A stretch of DNA of 64,000 bases, taken from NCBI GenBank assembly GCA_964584925.1, contig CAZPBS010000003.1, forward strand, positions 2,196-66,195. Direction: 5' to 3'. This stretch comes from an uncultured Microbacteriaceae bacterium (GTDB lineage Bacteria > Actinomycetota > Actinomycetes > Actinomycetales > Microbacteriaceae). The notes beneath the pieces are model-generated. The model was given only the letters and a program-made list of their open reading frames with translations. It searched no databases and had not been told where the DNA came from. A program made the translations under genes and the position numbers. Of the stretch, positions 52,848-62,329 are shown piece by piece (within the stretch, counting starts at the first letter, position 1; each line of letters opens with the position of its first letter).

Positions 52848-53902
52848 AGCTCGGCTGTAATCGTGTTGACGAAAGCCTCGATGTCCGAGCTGGTGGTGTC
52901 AAAGGAACACATCCAGCGGACTTCACCCGCCTGGCGATCCCAATCGTAGAAACGAAATTTCGTCCGAATTCGATCAGAGATCTCGGGATCCAGCACCGCG
53001 AAAACCGCGTTGGCGTGGGTAGGGGCGCTAAAGCTGAGGCCCGAGATTGCTCCGGAGCTAATCCTCTCCTCCAGCGCTTCTCTCAACTGTCGCGCCATCG
53101 AGTTGGAGTGGGTCGCCGAGCGGATGCCGAGGTTGCCCTCAAAAAGTGCCAGTAACTGGGCACTCACAAAACGCATCTTGCTGGAGAGTTGCATGCTCAT
53201 TTTCCGCAGGTAGAGCAGGCCCTCAACAGCCCCAGGGTTAATAACCACAATCGCCTCAACACCCATGAGACCGTTTTTGGTACCGCCCAGGCTCACCACA
53301 TCAACCCCGACGTCAGTGGTGAAAGCTGAGAAGGGGAGGCCGAGGCTTGCTGCTGCGTTCCAGAGACGTGCCCCATCCATGTGGAGGAGCATGCCCTTGT
53401 CATGCGCATAGTCCGCTATGGATTTGATTTCTGCTGGCGTGTAGACAGTGCCCAGTTCGGAGCTTTGGGTGATGGAGACGACGGCGGGTTGCGCACGGTG
53501 CTCATCGCCAAATCCGAACGCTTCTGTGGCGATGTCCTCCGGCGTGATCTTTCCCTGATGGTGGGCAACGGTGTAGAGCTTGAGGCCGGACACTCTTTCC
53601 GGAGCCCCACCTTCGTCGGTATGAATGTGGGCCAGCGAGCTACAAATCACGGCACCCCAGCGCGGCATCATTGCGGTGAGAGAGAGTACGTTTGCACCGG
53701 TTCCGTTGAAGACCGGAAACACCTCAGCCTGTGGACCAAAGTGCTCACGAATGACCTCGGTGAGCCGGGTGGTGTAATCGTCCTCACCGTAGGACACCTG
53801 GTGACCTTCGTTGGCCTCCGCTAGTGCCTGAAGAACCTCAGGGTGCACCCCGGAATAGTTGTCGCTGGCGAAACCTCGCCAGTGCGGGTCATGGAGTCTC
53901 AC
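52838..53902 (-). CDS. ltaE: Low-specificity L-threonine aldolase
   Basis: FASDNY, NGTGAN, HMDGAR, GGTKNG. Confidence 0.9.
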   Translation of the reverse strand: MRLHDPHWRGFASDNYSGVHPEVLQALAEANEGHQVSYGEDDYTTRLTEVIREHFGPQAEVFPVFNGTGANVLSLTAMMPRWGAVICSSLAHIHTDEGGAPERVSGLKLYTVAHHQGKITPEDIATEAFGFGDEHRAQPAVVSITQSSELGTVYTPAEIKSIADYAHDKGMLLHMDGARLWNAAASLGLPFSAFTTDVGVDVVSLGGTKNGLMGVEAIVVINPGAVEGLLYLRKMSMQLSSKMRFVSAQLLALFEGNLGIRSATHSNSMARQLREALEERISSGAISGLSFSAPTHANAVFAVLDPEISDRIRTKFRFYDWDRQAGEVRWMCSFDTTSSDIEAFVNTITAELQA

Positions 53903-53923
53903 GGGACCATCCTGACAGTTCTC

Positions 53924-55333
53924 TTAGGCCTGTGCGACAGGACCCGTGATGCCGGCGGTGGCGGCAATAGTGGGACCCAGTTTCTTGCCCAAGGCCTCAT
54001 AGAACATCGACAACGGGAACTCGTCATCGTGAACGTGGTCGGTGATTTCTGCGGGCGTCCCCTCGAGAGGGATAGTGCCAGAGAGAAAGTGTGACGCCGG
54101 GTGAGGCGCCAAAACCTCAGAGATCAGCTCGTGAGCTGCCAGCCAGTGCACAATCTTGGGCCGGTCGATGCTGCGCCAATACAGCTCATTGATGCGGTCT
54201 GACAGCGCCACAACAACATCGGGCATGGCATCCCAGTCGATGGTGAGCTGGGTATCTGTCCAATGCAGTACTCGGTGCTGGTGAAGCCACGCGAACAAGA
54301 GTTGACCCGCCACACTGTCGTAGTTGCGTACCCGGGTTCCGGTCAGGGGAAAGCGGAAGATGCGATCAAAGACCACGGCATACAGAACGAGCTGGGCGTG
54401 CTGGCGAGTCAGGGGATCGGTTTTTTTCGCACGAAGAAGCGACACCGCTTCGCGGAATGCTGTTAGGTCACATCGCAGCTCCTCCAGTCCGTAGAGGTAG
54501 AAGGGCATTCTTTGCTTGATCATGAAGGGGTCGAAGGGAAGATCTCCTCGCATGTGAGTGCGATCGTGAATGAGATCCCACATCACGAAAGTTTTTTCGC
54601 TGAGCGCGTGGTCGTCCAGGAGTGCCTGAGCGTCGGAGGGGAGATCCAACTTGGTGATCTCTACCGCATGCCGGACCACGGAGCGGAACCGCGCGGCCTC
54701 ACGGTCGGCAAAGATTCCGCCCCAGGTAAAGGCAGGCAAAGCGGCTGGGGTTCCCTCGGATGACCCCGCGGGGACGCGAGGTGTGACCGCTACAGACTCA
54801 GGAAAGAGCACCGCAGAATTGGTGTCATACCCGGGGGTGTAGTCGAGGAATCGAAGCGGGACGAACAGGGCATTGCTGTAGGAACCTGACTCTAAGCCGG
54901 CTACAAAGTCAGGCCAGATTGTCTCGCACAGAACAGCTTCGAAAAAGCGATTCGTGGAACCGTTCTGTGTGTACATGGGAAACACCACGAGGTGTGCTGT
55001 TCCATCCACCCGAGTGCGCTCGGGGTGAAAGAGCGATAACGACTCGTAGAAGTCAGGGACATCGAAGCCAGCTGCTTCCCACGCCCGGCAATCAGCAACC
55101 ACTGCCTGGAGGTAGTCCTCATCGTGGGGGAAGTGAGGAATGAGATCTGCAATTCCCTCGGTCAGTGTGTTGAGAGCGTTCCGAGCTCGTGAGTGGTTCT
55201 TGGTGCCGGCGATGCGTCCATCTGATGCCTGAAACCCCTGCAGGGTGACACAGGCCTCTTTGATCTGCAGCCAGGACGAGTGCTGGACCAAGTCCTGCCC
55301 ACCTGTTGTCGCGCGCTCCATCACCATCGACAT
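53924..55333 (-). CDS. DUF6421-like protein
   Basis: VFPMYTQNG, YDTNSAVLFPE, WDLIHDRTHMRGDLPFDP, EELRCD; ATG 55333 after GGAGG. Confidence 0.8.
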   Translation of the reverse strand: MSMVMERATTGGQDLVQHSSWLQIKEACVTLQGFQASDGRIAGTKNHSRARNALNTLTEGIADLIPHFPHDEDYLQAVVADCRAWEAAGFDVPDFYESLSLFHPERTRVDGTAHLVVFPMYTQNGSTNRFFEAVLCETIWPDFVAGLESGSYSNALFVPLRFLDYTPGYDTNSAVLFPESVAVTPRVPAGSSEGTPAALPAFTWGGIFADREAARFRSVVRHAVEITKLDLPSDAQALLDDHALSEKTFVMWDLIHDRTHMRGDLPFDPFMIKQRMPFYLYGLEELRCDLTAFREAVSLLRAKKTDPLTRQHAQLVLYAVVFDRIFRFPLTGTRVRNYDSVAGQLLFAWLHQHRVLHWTDTQLTIDWDAMPDVVVALSDRINELYWRSIDRPKIVHWLAAHELISEVLAPHPASHFLSGTIPLEGTPAEITDHVHDDEFPLSMFYEALGKKLGPTIAATAGITGPVAQA

Positions 55334-55421
55334 AACGACCTCCTGGACTGTTGAGGTCAGTGTAAAGCGGGGGTTTGGTGCGCATGGGTGATTAGTGCGC
55401 CATCCTGGTGCGTCTTTTTCG

Positions 55422-55450
55422 GAGTTCACGCAACTTTATTGCGTGGACTC
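55422..55450. promoter_or_regulatory. Inverted repeat in the DUF6421 / AEC transporter divergent gap
   Basis: GAGTTCACGCAA-CTTTA-TTGCGTGGACTC (11/12 match). Confidence 0.5.
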
Positions 55451-55483
55451 TCCGGTGTGGGAAATAGAGCAGACTATTCCCTC

Positions 55484-56410
55484 GTGAGTGATGTTTTTGT
55501 GGGATTTGCGATTGTGACACTGGTGGTTGCCACCGGATATCTGACCGGTCGCAGCAAGATTCTGGGTCCCACAGCTCTGGATGTCCTCTCGAAGGCGGCG
55601 TTCTTCGTGTTCTCGCCCGCGCTACTTTTTATTGTGTTGGGTGATGCGGATATTCGGGTGCTGTTCTCCGCTCTTCTGCCGGTATCAGCGCTGGCAGCCA
55701 CTCTGGCTCTTGTCCTGTATGTGCTCATCGCACGGCTGTCGAAGGTGCGAGGTTCAGGAAGGCTCACCGTCGGCGGGCTTGCCGCCTCCTACGTGAACTC
55801 CAACAACATCGGTTTGCCCTTAGCCGCCTACATTTTGGGCGACCCAGCGCTTGCCGCGCCTGTGCTGTTGTTTCAATTGATTGTCATGTCGCCCATTGCG
55901 CTGACCATTCTGGATGTCAGCCACCAAGGGTCACTCTCCATTCGTCGGATCCTCTCGGGGCCTATCCGTAACCCGTTGATCATTGGTTCCATGCTCGGCG
56001 TCCTCGTCTCGTGGTCGCAGATCACGCTTCCCGACATCGTTCACGAGCCTCTGGAGCTACTCGGACAGGCAGCGGTACCGACCTTGCTCTTCGCATTGGG
56101 TCTTTCGTTGGCCTCCCAACGTCTCTGGGAAGCACAGGAATACCGGGTGGAAATCACGGTGGCAGCCATTATCAAGCTGACGGTCATGCCCTTGATTGCG
56201 TGGCTGTTGGGGGTTTTTGTCTTTGCCCTGGAGCCACACGCGCTGTTTACGGTGGTGATTCTTGCGGCACTACCGAGTGCACAAAACGTGTTCAACTATT
56301 CCCAACGCTATGGTGTGGCCACACCGTTGGCCCGTGATTCCGTGGTTCTCACAACGCTGGTCTCCCTGCCCATTCTGATGGGCTTGGCTTTCCTGTTGGC
56401 TCCGGTCTAG
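55484..56410 (+). CDS. AEC (auxin efflux carrier) family transporter
   Basis: PALLF, NSNNIGLP, NPLII, ALPSAQN. Confidence 0.88.
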   Translation: MSDVFVGFAIVTLVVATGYLTGRSKILGPTALDVLSKAAFFVFSPALLFIVLGDADIRVLFSALLPVSALAATLALVLYVLIARLSKVRGSGRLTVGGLAASYVNSNNIGLPLAAYILGDPALAAPVLLFQLIVMSPIALTILDVSHQGSLSIRRILSGPIRNPLIIGSMLGVLVSWSQITLPDIVHEPLELLGQAAVPTLLFALGLSLASQRLWEAQEYRVEITVAAIIKLTVMPLIAWLLGVFVFALEPHALFTVVILAALPSAQNVFNYSQRYGVATPLARDSVVLTTLVSLPILMGLAFLLAPV

Positions 56411-57240
56411 AAGACCATCGGGCGATCGAAGTCGTCTTCTGCGCCCACCTCGACCACCACGGGAACATGATCACTGGGGCCATCACCCTGTCGTTGGTCA
56501 CGCTCGATGGATGCGTGGGTGACCTGCGAGGCAAAGTTTTCTGAGCCAAAGATGAAGTCAATCCGCATCCCGTGGTCTTTCGGGAACTTCCCCTGCTTGT
56601 AATCCCAGTAGGTATAGCCGGTGGGAACAAGTGGACGTACCGTGTCCTGTAGCCCAGCGCGGTGCAAGAAATCCTGGAGAGCGGTGCGCTCCAGATCCGA
56701 AGTGTGGGTAGTTCCTTGCACCAAGAAGGCTGGGTCCCCAACGTCGGAGTCCAGGGGAGCGACGTTGAAGTCTCCGCCGATGGCGACCGGGAGTGCGCCT
56801 GGTTGGTCTTGATAGGAGCGGTAGTGCTCCCCCAATGCCTCGAGCCACCGGAGCTTGTAATCCAAATGTGGATCGTCGAGTGCGCGACCGTTGGGAACAT
56901 AGACCGAACACAGTCGTAATCCGTCCACCGTGGCGGAAATGGCACGGGCCTCAGTCGCAGGTTCCTCCTCAGGGTTCTTGGTGAATCCTGGCATTCCGGG
57001 GAACCCCTGCTCGATGTCCTCGAGGGGAAGCCGGGATGCTATCCCGACGCCATTCCACTGGTTCAGGCCAAAGTGGGCGACCTCATAACCCGCGCTCTCA
57101 AAATCCTCGAGAGGAAACTGATCGTCTCGGCATTTTGTTTCTTGCATGAGGACGACATCAATGTCGGCGTTGTGCAGAAAATCAATGACGAATGCTTTCC
57201 TGGTTCGAATGGAGTTGACGTTCCAGGTCGCGATTCTCAT
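56407..57240 (-). CDS. xth: Exodeoxyribonuclease III
   Basis: ATWNVNS, QETK, GDFN, RIDF, SDHVP. Confidence 0.96.
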   Translation of the reverse strand: MRIATWNVNSIRTRKAFVIDFLHNADIDVVLMQETKCRDDQFPLEDFESAGYEVAHFGLNQWNGVGIASRLPLEDIEQGFPGMPGFTKNPEEEPATEARAISATVDGLRLCSVYVPNGRALDDPHLDYKLRWLEALGEHYRSYQDQPGALPVAIGGDFNVAPLDSDVGDPAFLVQGTTHTSDLERTALQDFLHRAGLQDTVRPLVPTGYTYWDYKQGKFPKDHGMRIDFIFGSENFASQVTHASIERDQRQGDGPSDHVPVVVEVGAEDDFDRPMVF

Positions 57241-57275
57241 GAGGCAAGCCTAAAGCGCGGAGCTAGACTGGTGCT

Positions 57276-57821
57276 GTGGCCAGCGCGAGAGAACAGCTCA
57301 TCAAGTTCATCTCCGAGGAGGCTGTACACCACGGAGATTTCACTCTGACCAGTGGACAAAAGGCGTCGTTTTACATCGACCTCCGTCAGGTAAGCCTCGA
57401 TCATCGAGTCGCTCCACTGATTGGCGAGGTGATGCTCGAATTACTGAACGAGTTTGAACCAATCGATGCCATTGGGGGGCTCACGATGGGCGCTGACCCC
57501 ATCGCCTCTGCGATTATGCATCGAGGAGTCCTCGTCGGAAAGACGTATGACGCACTCGTGGTGCGAAAAGAGCCCAAAGACCATGGTCGAGGTCGCCAGA
57601 TTGAGGGACCAGATGTCCGAGGAAAGCGCATTGTCGTGGTGGAGGACACCTCTACTACGGGTGGATCCCCTTTGACGGCAGCGCGAGCCATCGAGAAAGC
57701 CGGAGGCGAAGTAGTCGCTGTGTGTGTGGTGGTCGACCGCAACACCGGTGCGGACCGCGTGATCGAAGATGCAGGGTATCCCTACCGAGCAGCTCTAGGA
57801 CTGGGCGACCTGGGTTTGTGA
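57276..57821 (+). CDS. pyrE: Orotate phosphoribosyltransferase
   Basis: GDFTLTSG, RKEPKDHG, VVEDTSTTGGS. Confidence 0.96.
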   Translation: MASAREQLIKFISEEAVHHGDFTLTSGQKASFYIDLRQVSLDHRVAPLIGEVMLELLNEFEPIDAIGGLTMGADPIASAIMHRGVLVGKTYDALVVRKEPKDHGRGRQIEGPDVRGKRIVVVEDTSTTGGSPLTAARAIEKAGGEVVAVCVVVDRNTGADRVIEDAGYPYRAALGLGDLGL

Positions 57822-58430
57822 ATGAGTGACCAGATCCAGCCCGAGAGCACACCCCCAAAACCCCGCCTCACCGACACTCCCCGTGGCCAGACTATTTTCG
57901 TCAGCCTGTGGGTGATCGGAACACTCGTCACTCTGGGACTGTGGGTTGTGGCCTTTCTCTGGGGTCAGAGCGTGGGGGCACCCGGGGAAGACGTAGTTGC
58001 TGAGGTCGTGGACATGGCACCTCCCGAGGTGGAATTCCCAGATTTGAGCCCACCCAGCCTCGCTCCAGGGTTATGGGAGTGGCGTGAACTTCGTGGCGGA
58101 GAGTGTCTCTCCCAGTTCTCTGATGCCTTCGCTGAGGAGTTCCAGGTGGTGGGATGTAGCTCCCCCCACACAGCCCAAGTTGTGCACGCAGAACTTCTCT
58201 CCGTGGACCCCGAGGAGCCCTACCCCGGTGATGCCGCTGTTCTCGCCGCAGCGCGCGAAGCGTGTGATGTTCGCGATCTGATTGACATCGAGGTCGCCAA
58301 AAATTTCTCAGATTTACGCACCGCCTACGCCTACCCCGTGAGTAGTACTCAGTGGGATGCGGGTGAGCGTGGGGTCTACTGCTTTGTCTATTCCGAGAGC
58401 GGGGAGACCTTCACGACCTCTTTGCGCTAG
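57822..58430 (+). CDS. Membrane protein with septum-formation-type Cys domain
   Basis: N-terminal TM; GECL, VGCSSPHTAQ, WDAGERGVYC. Confidence 0.7.
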   Translation: MSDQIQPESTPPKPRLTDTPRGQTIFVSLWVIGTLVTLGLWVVAFLWGQSVGAPGEDVVAEVVDMAPPEVEFPDLSPPSLAPGLWEWRELRGGECLSQFSDAFAEEFQVVGCSSPHTAQVVHAELLSVDPEEPYPGDAAVLAAAREACDVRDLIDIEVAKNFSDLRTAYAYPVSSTQWDAGERGVYCFVYSESGETFTTSLR

Positions 58431-59272
58431 GACAGGTAAGGGGCAAGTCTTTGTCCCATGATGTCGAGAGCTTCGGGATTCGAATCCATCACCACAAACT
58501 TCCTGCCCAGTTCGCCCGCTGCGTGGCCGGTGGTGCCACTACCCGCGAACGGGTCCAGAACCCAGTCCCCTGGCTTGGATGAGGCTCGAATGATGCGCGT
58601 GAGGATTCCTAAGGGCTTTTGTGTGGCGTAGCCGGTCTTTTCTTTCCCCGTGGGGGACACGATTGTGTGCCACCAAACATCGGTGGGAAGTTTCCCCCTG
58701 GCCGCTTTCTCTGCACTCACGAGACCGGGGGCCATATAGGGCTCACGGTCGATCTCGTCACTATTGAAAATGTAGGCCGTGGGATCTTTGACGTACACCA
58801 GGATGGTGTCGTGTTTTGTGGGCCAGCGAGTTTTTGACTTAGCGCCGTAGTCGTAGGCCCAGATGATCTCGTTCAGAAAATGGTCACGACCGAAAATCTG
58901 GTCTAGCGCAACCTTCGCGTAGTGCACCTCTCGCCAATCGAGGTGGACATAAAGGGTGCCCTCGGGTGAGAGCAGGCGCCAGGCTTCGACCAACCTTGGC
59001 CCGAGAAATGCCCAGTAATCGGCGAAGGAATCGTCGTAACTGGTGATGGATTCGAGGGTGAAATCGTAGGTGCGGCCGCCAAAACCGTGGCGAGAAGAAT
59101 CCGATGACGCTACGACAGAGGATGTGGTTCGTTGCTGGGTTCGACCTGTGTTGAAAGGCGGATCCATGTAAATGAGGGTGAAGGAACCATCGGGCAGTGA
59201 CTTCATCAACTCCACATTGTCGCCTGCGAGAAGGCGCGAGGGGCCCTCGGGGCGAAAGTCGGAATCAGGCAC
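58427..59272 (-). CDS. Orphan N4/N6 DNA methyltransferase (beta class)
   Basis: DPPF N-terminal; TQKP and DPFAGSGTT C-terminal. Confidence 0.9.
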   Translation of the reverse strand: MPDSDFRPEGPSRLLAGDNVELMKSLPDGSFTLIYMDPPFNTGRTQQRTTSSVVASSDSSRHGFGGRTYDFTLESITSYDDSFADYWAFLGPRLVEAWRLLSPEGTLYVHLDWREVHYAKVALDQIFGRDHFLNEIIWAYDYGAKSKTRWPTKHDTILVYVKDPTAYIFNSDEIDREPYMAPGLVSAEKAARGKLPTDVWWHTIVSPTGKEKTGYATQKPLGILTRIIRASSKPGDWVLDPFAGSGTTGHAAGELGRKFVVMDSNPEALDIMGQRLAPYLS

Positions 59273-59310
59273 AGGGGACAGGTTATCGAAAGGGTGCCTA
59301 GGCTAGGTGA

Positions 59311-59949
59311 GTGCTGGAAGACAACCCCCATCCCGAAGCCACCACCTGGGGCGTGGGACCGTGGCAAGGAGAGCGGCCGACAGGCGATCACTACGACCCG
59401 GAATTATTGGACAAGGGTGACTCACGAAATGTTGTTGACAAGTATCGCTACTGGTCGATGGACGCGATCATCGAGGATTTGAACACCAAACGGCACCCTT
59501 TTCACGTGGCCATCGAAAACTGGCAACATGACCTCAACATCGGTTCTATCGTGCGCAGCGCCAATGCGTTTCTGGCTGACACCGTGCATATTGTCGGCCG
59601 GAAGCGCTGGAATAGGCGAGGAGCGATGGTCACTGACCGGTATCAACGTGTCCTGCACCACCCCACTATGGAGGATCTGGTGGCGTATGCCACGACTCAT
59701 GAACTCCCGATTGTTGCCGTTGACAACGTGGAGGGCTCACACCCCATCGAAACGACAACTCTGCCCCGTGATTGCATCATTCTCTTCGGGCAGGAAGGAC
59801 CGGGTCTTTCTCCTGAAGCACTCGAAGCGGCCGACATGGCGGTGGAAATCACCCAGTTTGGATCCACGCGTTCACTCAATGCCAGCGCAGCTGCTGCCAT
59901 CATCATGCACCGCTGGGTGATGACTCATGCCGATTTATCGCAGAGCTGA
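59311..59949 (+). CDS. TrmH/SpoU family RNA methyltransferase
   Basis: NIGSIVRSA, FGQEGPGL, RSLNASAA. Confidence 0.92.
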   Translation: MLEDNPHPEATTWGVGPWQGERPTGDHYDPELLDKGDSRNVVDKYRYWSMDAIIEDLNTKRHPFHVAIENWQHDLNIGSIVRSANAFLADTVHIVGRKRWNRRGAMVTDRYQRVLHHPTMEDLVAYATTHELPIVAVDNVEGSHPIETTTLPRDCIILFGQEGPGLSPEALEAADMAVEITQFGSTRSLNASAAAAIIMHRWVMTHADLSQS

Positions 59950-60080
59950 CTCTCTCGGAAGGGAGGAGCTCTCCAGCCGAACGACCAACTGGGTTATGTC
60001 CCATTTTGGGGTCCTGGAAGAAGTGAGACGGGCCAGATTGTGGGGTAATCGGTAGACTTGGCAAGTTGTTCAGGCCTTAG

Positions 60081-61379
<1,299 letters not shown>

Positions 61380-61411
61380 CACCGGGCTTGTCGGCTCGGT
61401 AGGGTCGCTCT

Positions 61412-61705
61412 ATGGATTCGATTCCCCCTGAGCTTCATCAGCTGCGCAAAAGCATCGACAACATTGATGCGGCACTCGTCCATTTGCTTGCGGAGCGTTT
61501 TCGCACGACCCAACAGGTGGGAAAGCTGAAGGCTGATCTCTCCATGCCTCCCTCGGATCCTTCTCGCGAAGCTGCGCAGATAGAGCGTCTGAGGAATCTT
61601 GCGAAGGACGCTGACTTGGATCCCGAATTTGCCGAAAAGTTTCTAGGGTTCATCCTTGCTGAAGTGATTCAGCACCATCAGGAGCTAGCTGGCGGCGAGG
61701 GGTAA
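61412..61705 (+). CDS. Chorismate mutase (AroQ type)
   Basis: LRKSIDNIDAALVHLLAERF...VGKLK...DPSRE. Confidence 0.9.
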   Translation: MDSIPPELHQLRKSIDNIDAALVHLLAERFRTTQQVGKLKADLSMPPSDPSREAAQIERLRNLAKDADLDPEFAEKFLGFILAEVIQHHQELAGGEG

Positions 61706-62278
61706 CTCACGATAGAGGTTGCCAGCAACCTCTATGAGTCGCTCAATGAGCGCGTCATCTCTCTCCACGACCACAAACTTGGGTCCAGGCCAGCCGGGCA
61801 CCATTTCGCCATTCTTCTTCTCACGCAACATCCAGCCAAAAACGCAGGCGCTGGCTCCAGTCACATAAAGCTGCCACTGAACTTGACGGTGGTAGTTCCC
61901 CGGAACGTGCCGCCATTCACCCCAATCGCGCCCGGTGGTTTTGACCTCTGCAATCAAGTCGTGACCGGGCGAGAGCCCATCGGGAGTGGCCATCTGCCAG
62001 CGCAACTCTTGAGCGTCCTTAGCGATAAGCCAATCGTTGGGCTCGAGCTCGAACTGTGTGGCGAGCTTCTCGATCAGAGACGCTTCCTGCTCTCGACCAA
62101 AACGCATGTAGTCGTTGTCGGGAATCGGGGTGGGATTTCGTATCTGGGCAAGCACTTCCCGGAATCCGTCGGGCGTGACCGCTTTCGATACGGCTGTTGC
62201 TGTGACTCCGCCAGCCCGAACGGCAAGCCAAGCTTCGTAATCAGAGGAGGACACGAGGAAGCGTGAGGAGTCAATCAT
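61685..62278 (-). CDS. YqaJ/lambda-exonuclease-like nuclease
   Basis: WLAVRAGGVTAT, FGREQE, ATPDG, EVKT, YHRQVQWQL. Confidence 0.88.
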   Translation of the reverse strand: MIDSSRFLVSSSDYEAWLAVRAGGVTATAVSKAVTPDGFREVLAQIRNPTPIPDNDYMRFGREQEASLIEKLATQFELEPNDWLIAKDAQELRWQMATPDGLSPGHDLIAEVKTTGRDWGEWRHVPGNYHRQVQWQLYVTGASACVFGWMLREKKNGEMVPGWPGPKFVVVERDDALIERLIEVAGNLYRELPLAAS

Positions 62279-62329
62279 GAGTTATTCCACCGTACCGGGG
62301 TCCTGGGACACTCCAGCGCGAGACTGCGG

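Noticed and set aside
61389-61405. TGTCGG upstream of the chorismate mutase -10 as a PafBC site
   Set aside because: Only 5 nt spacing; the motif needs 10
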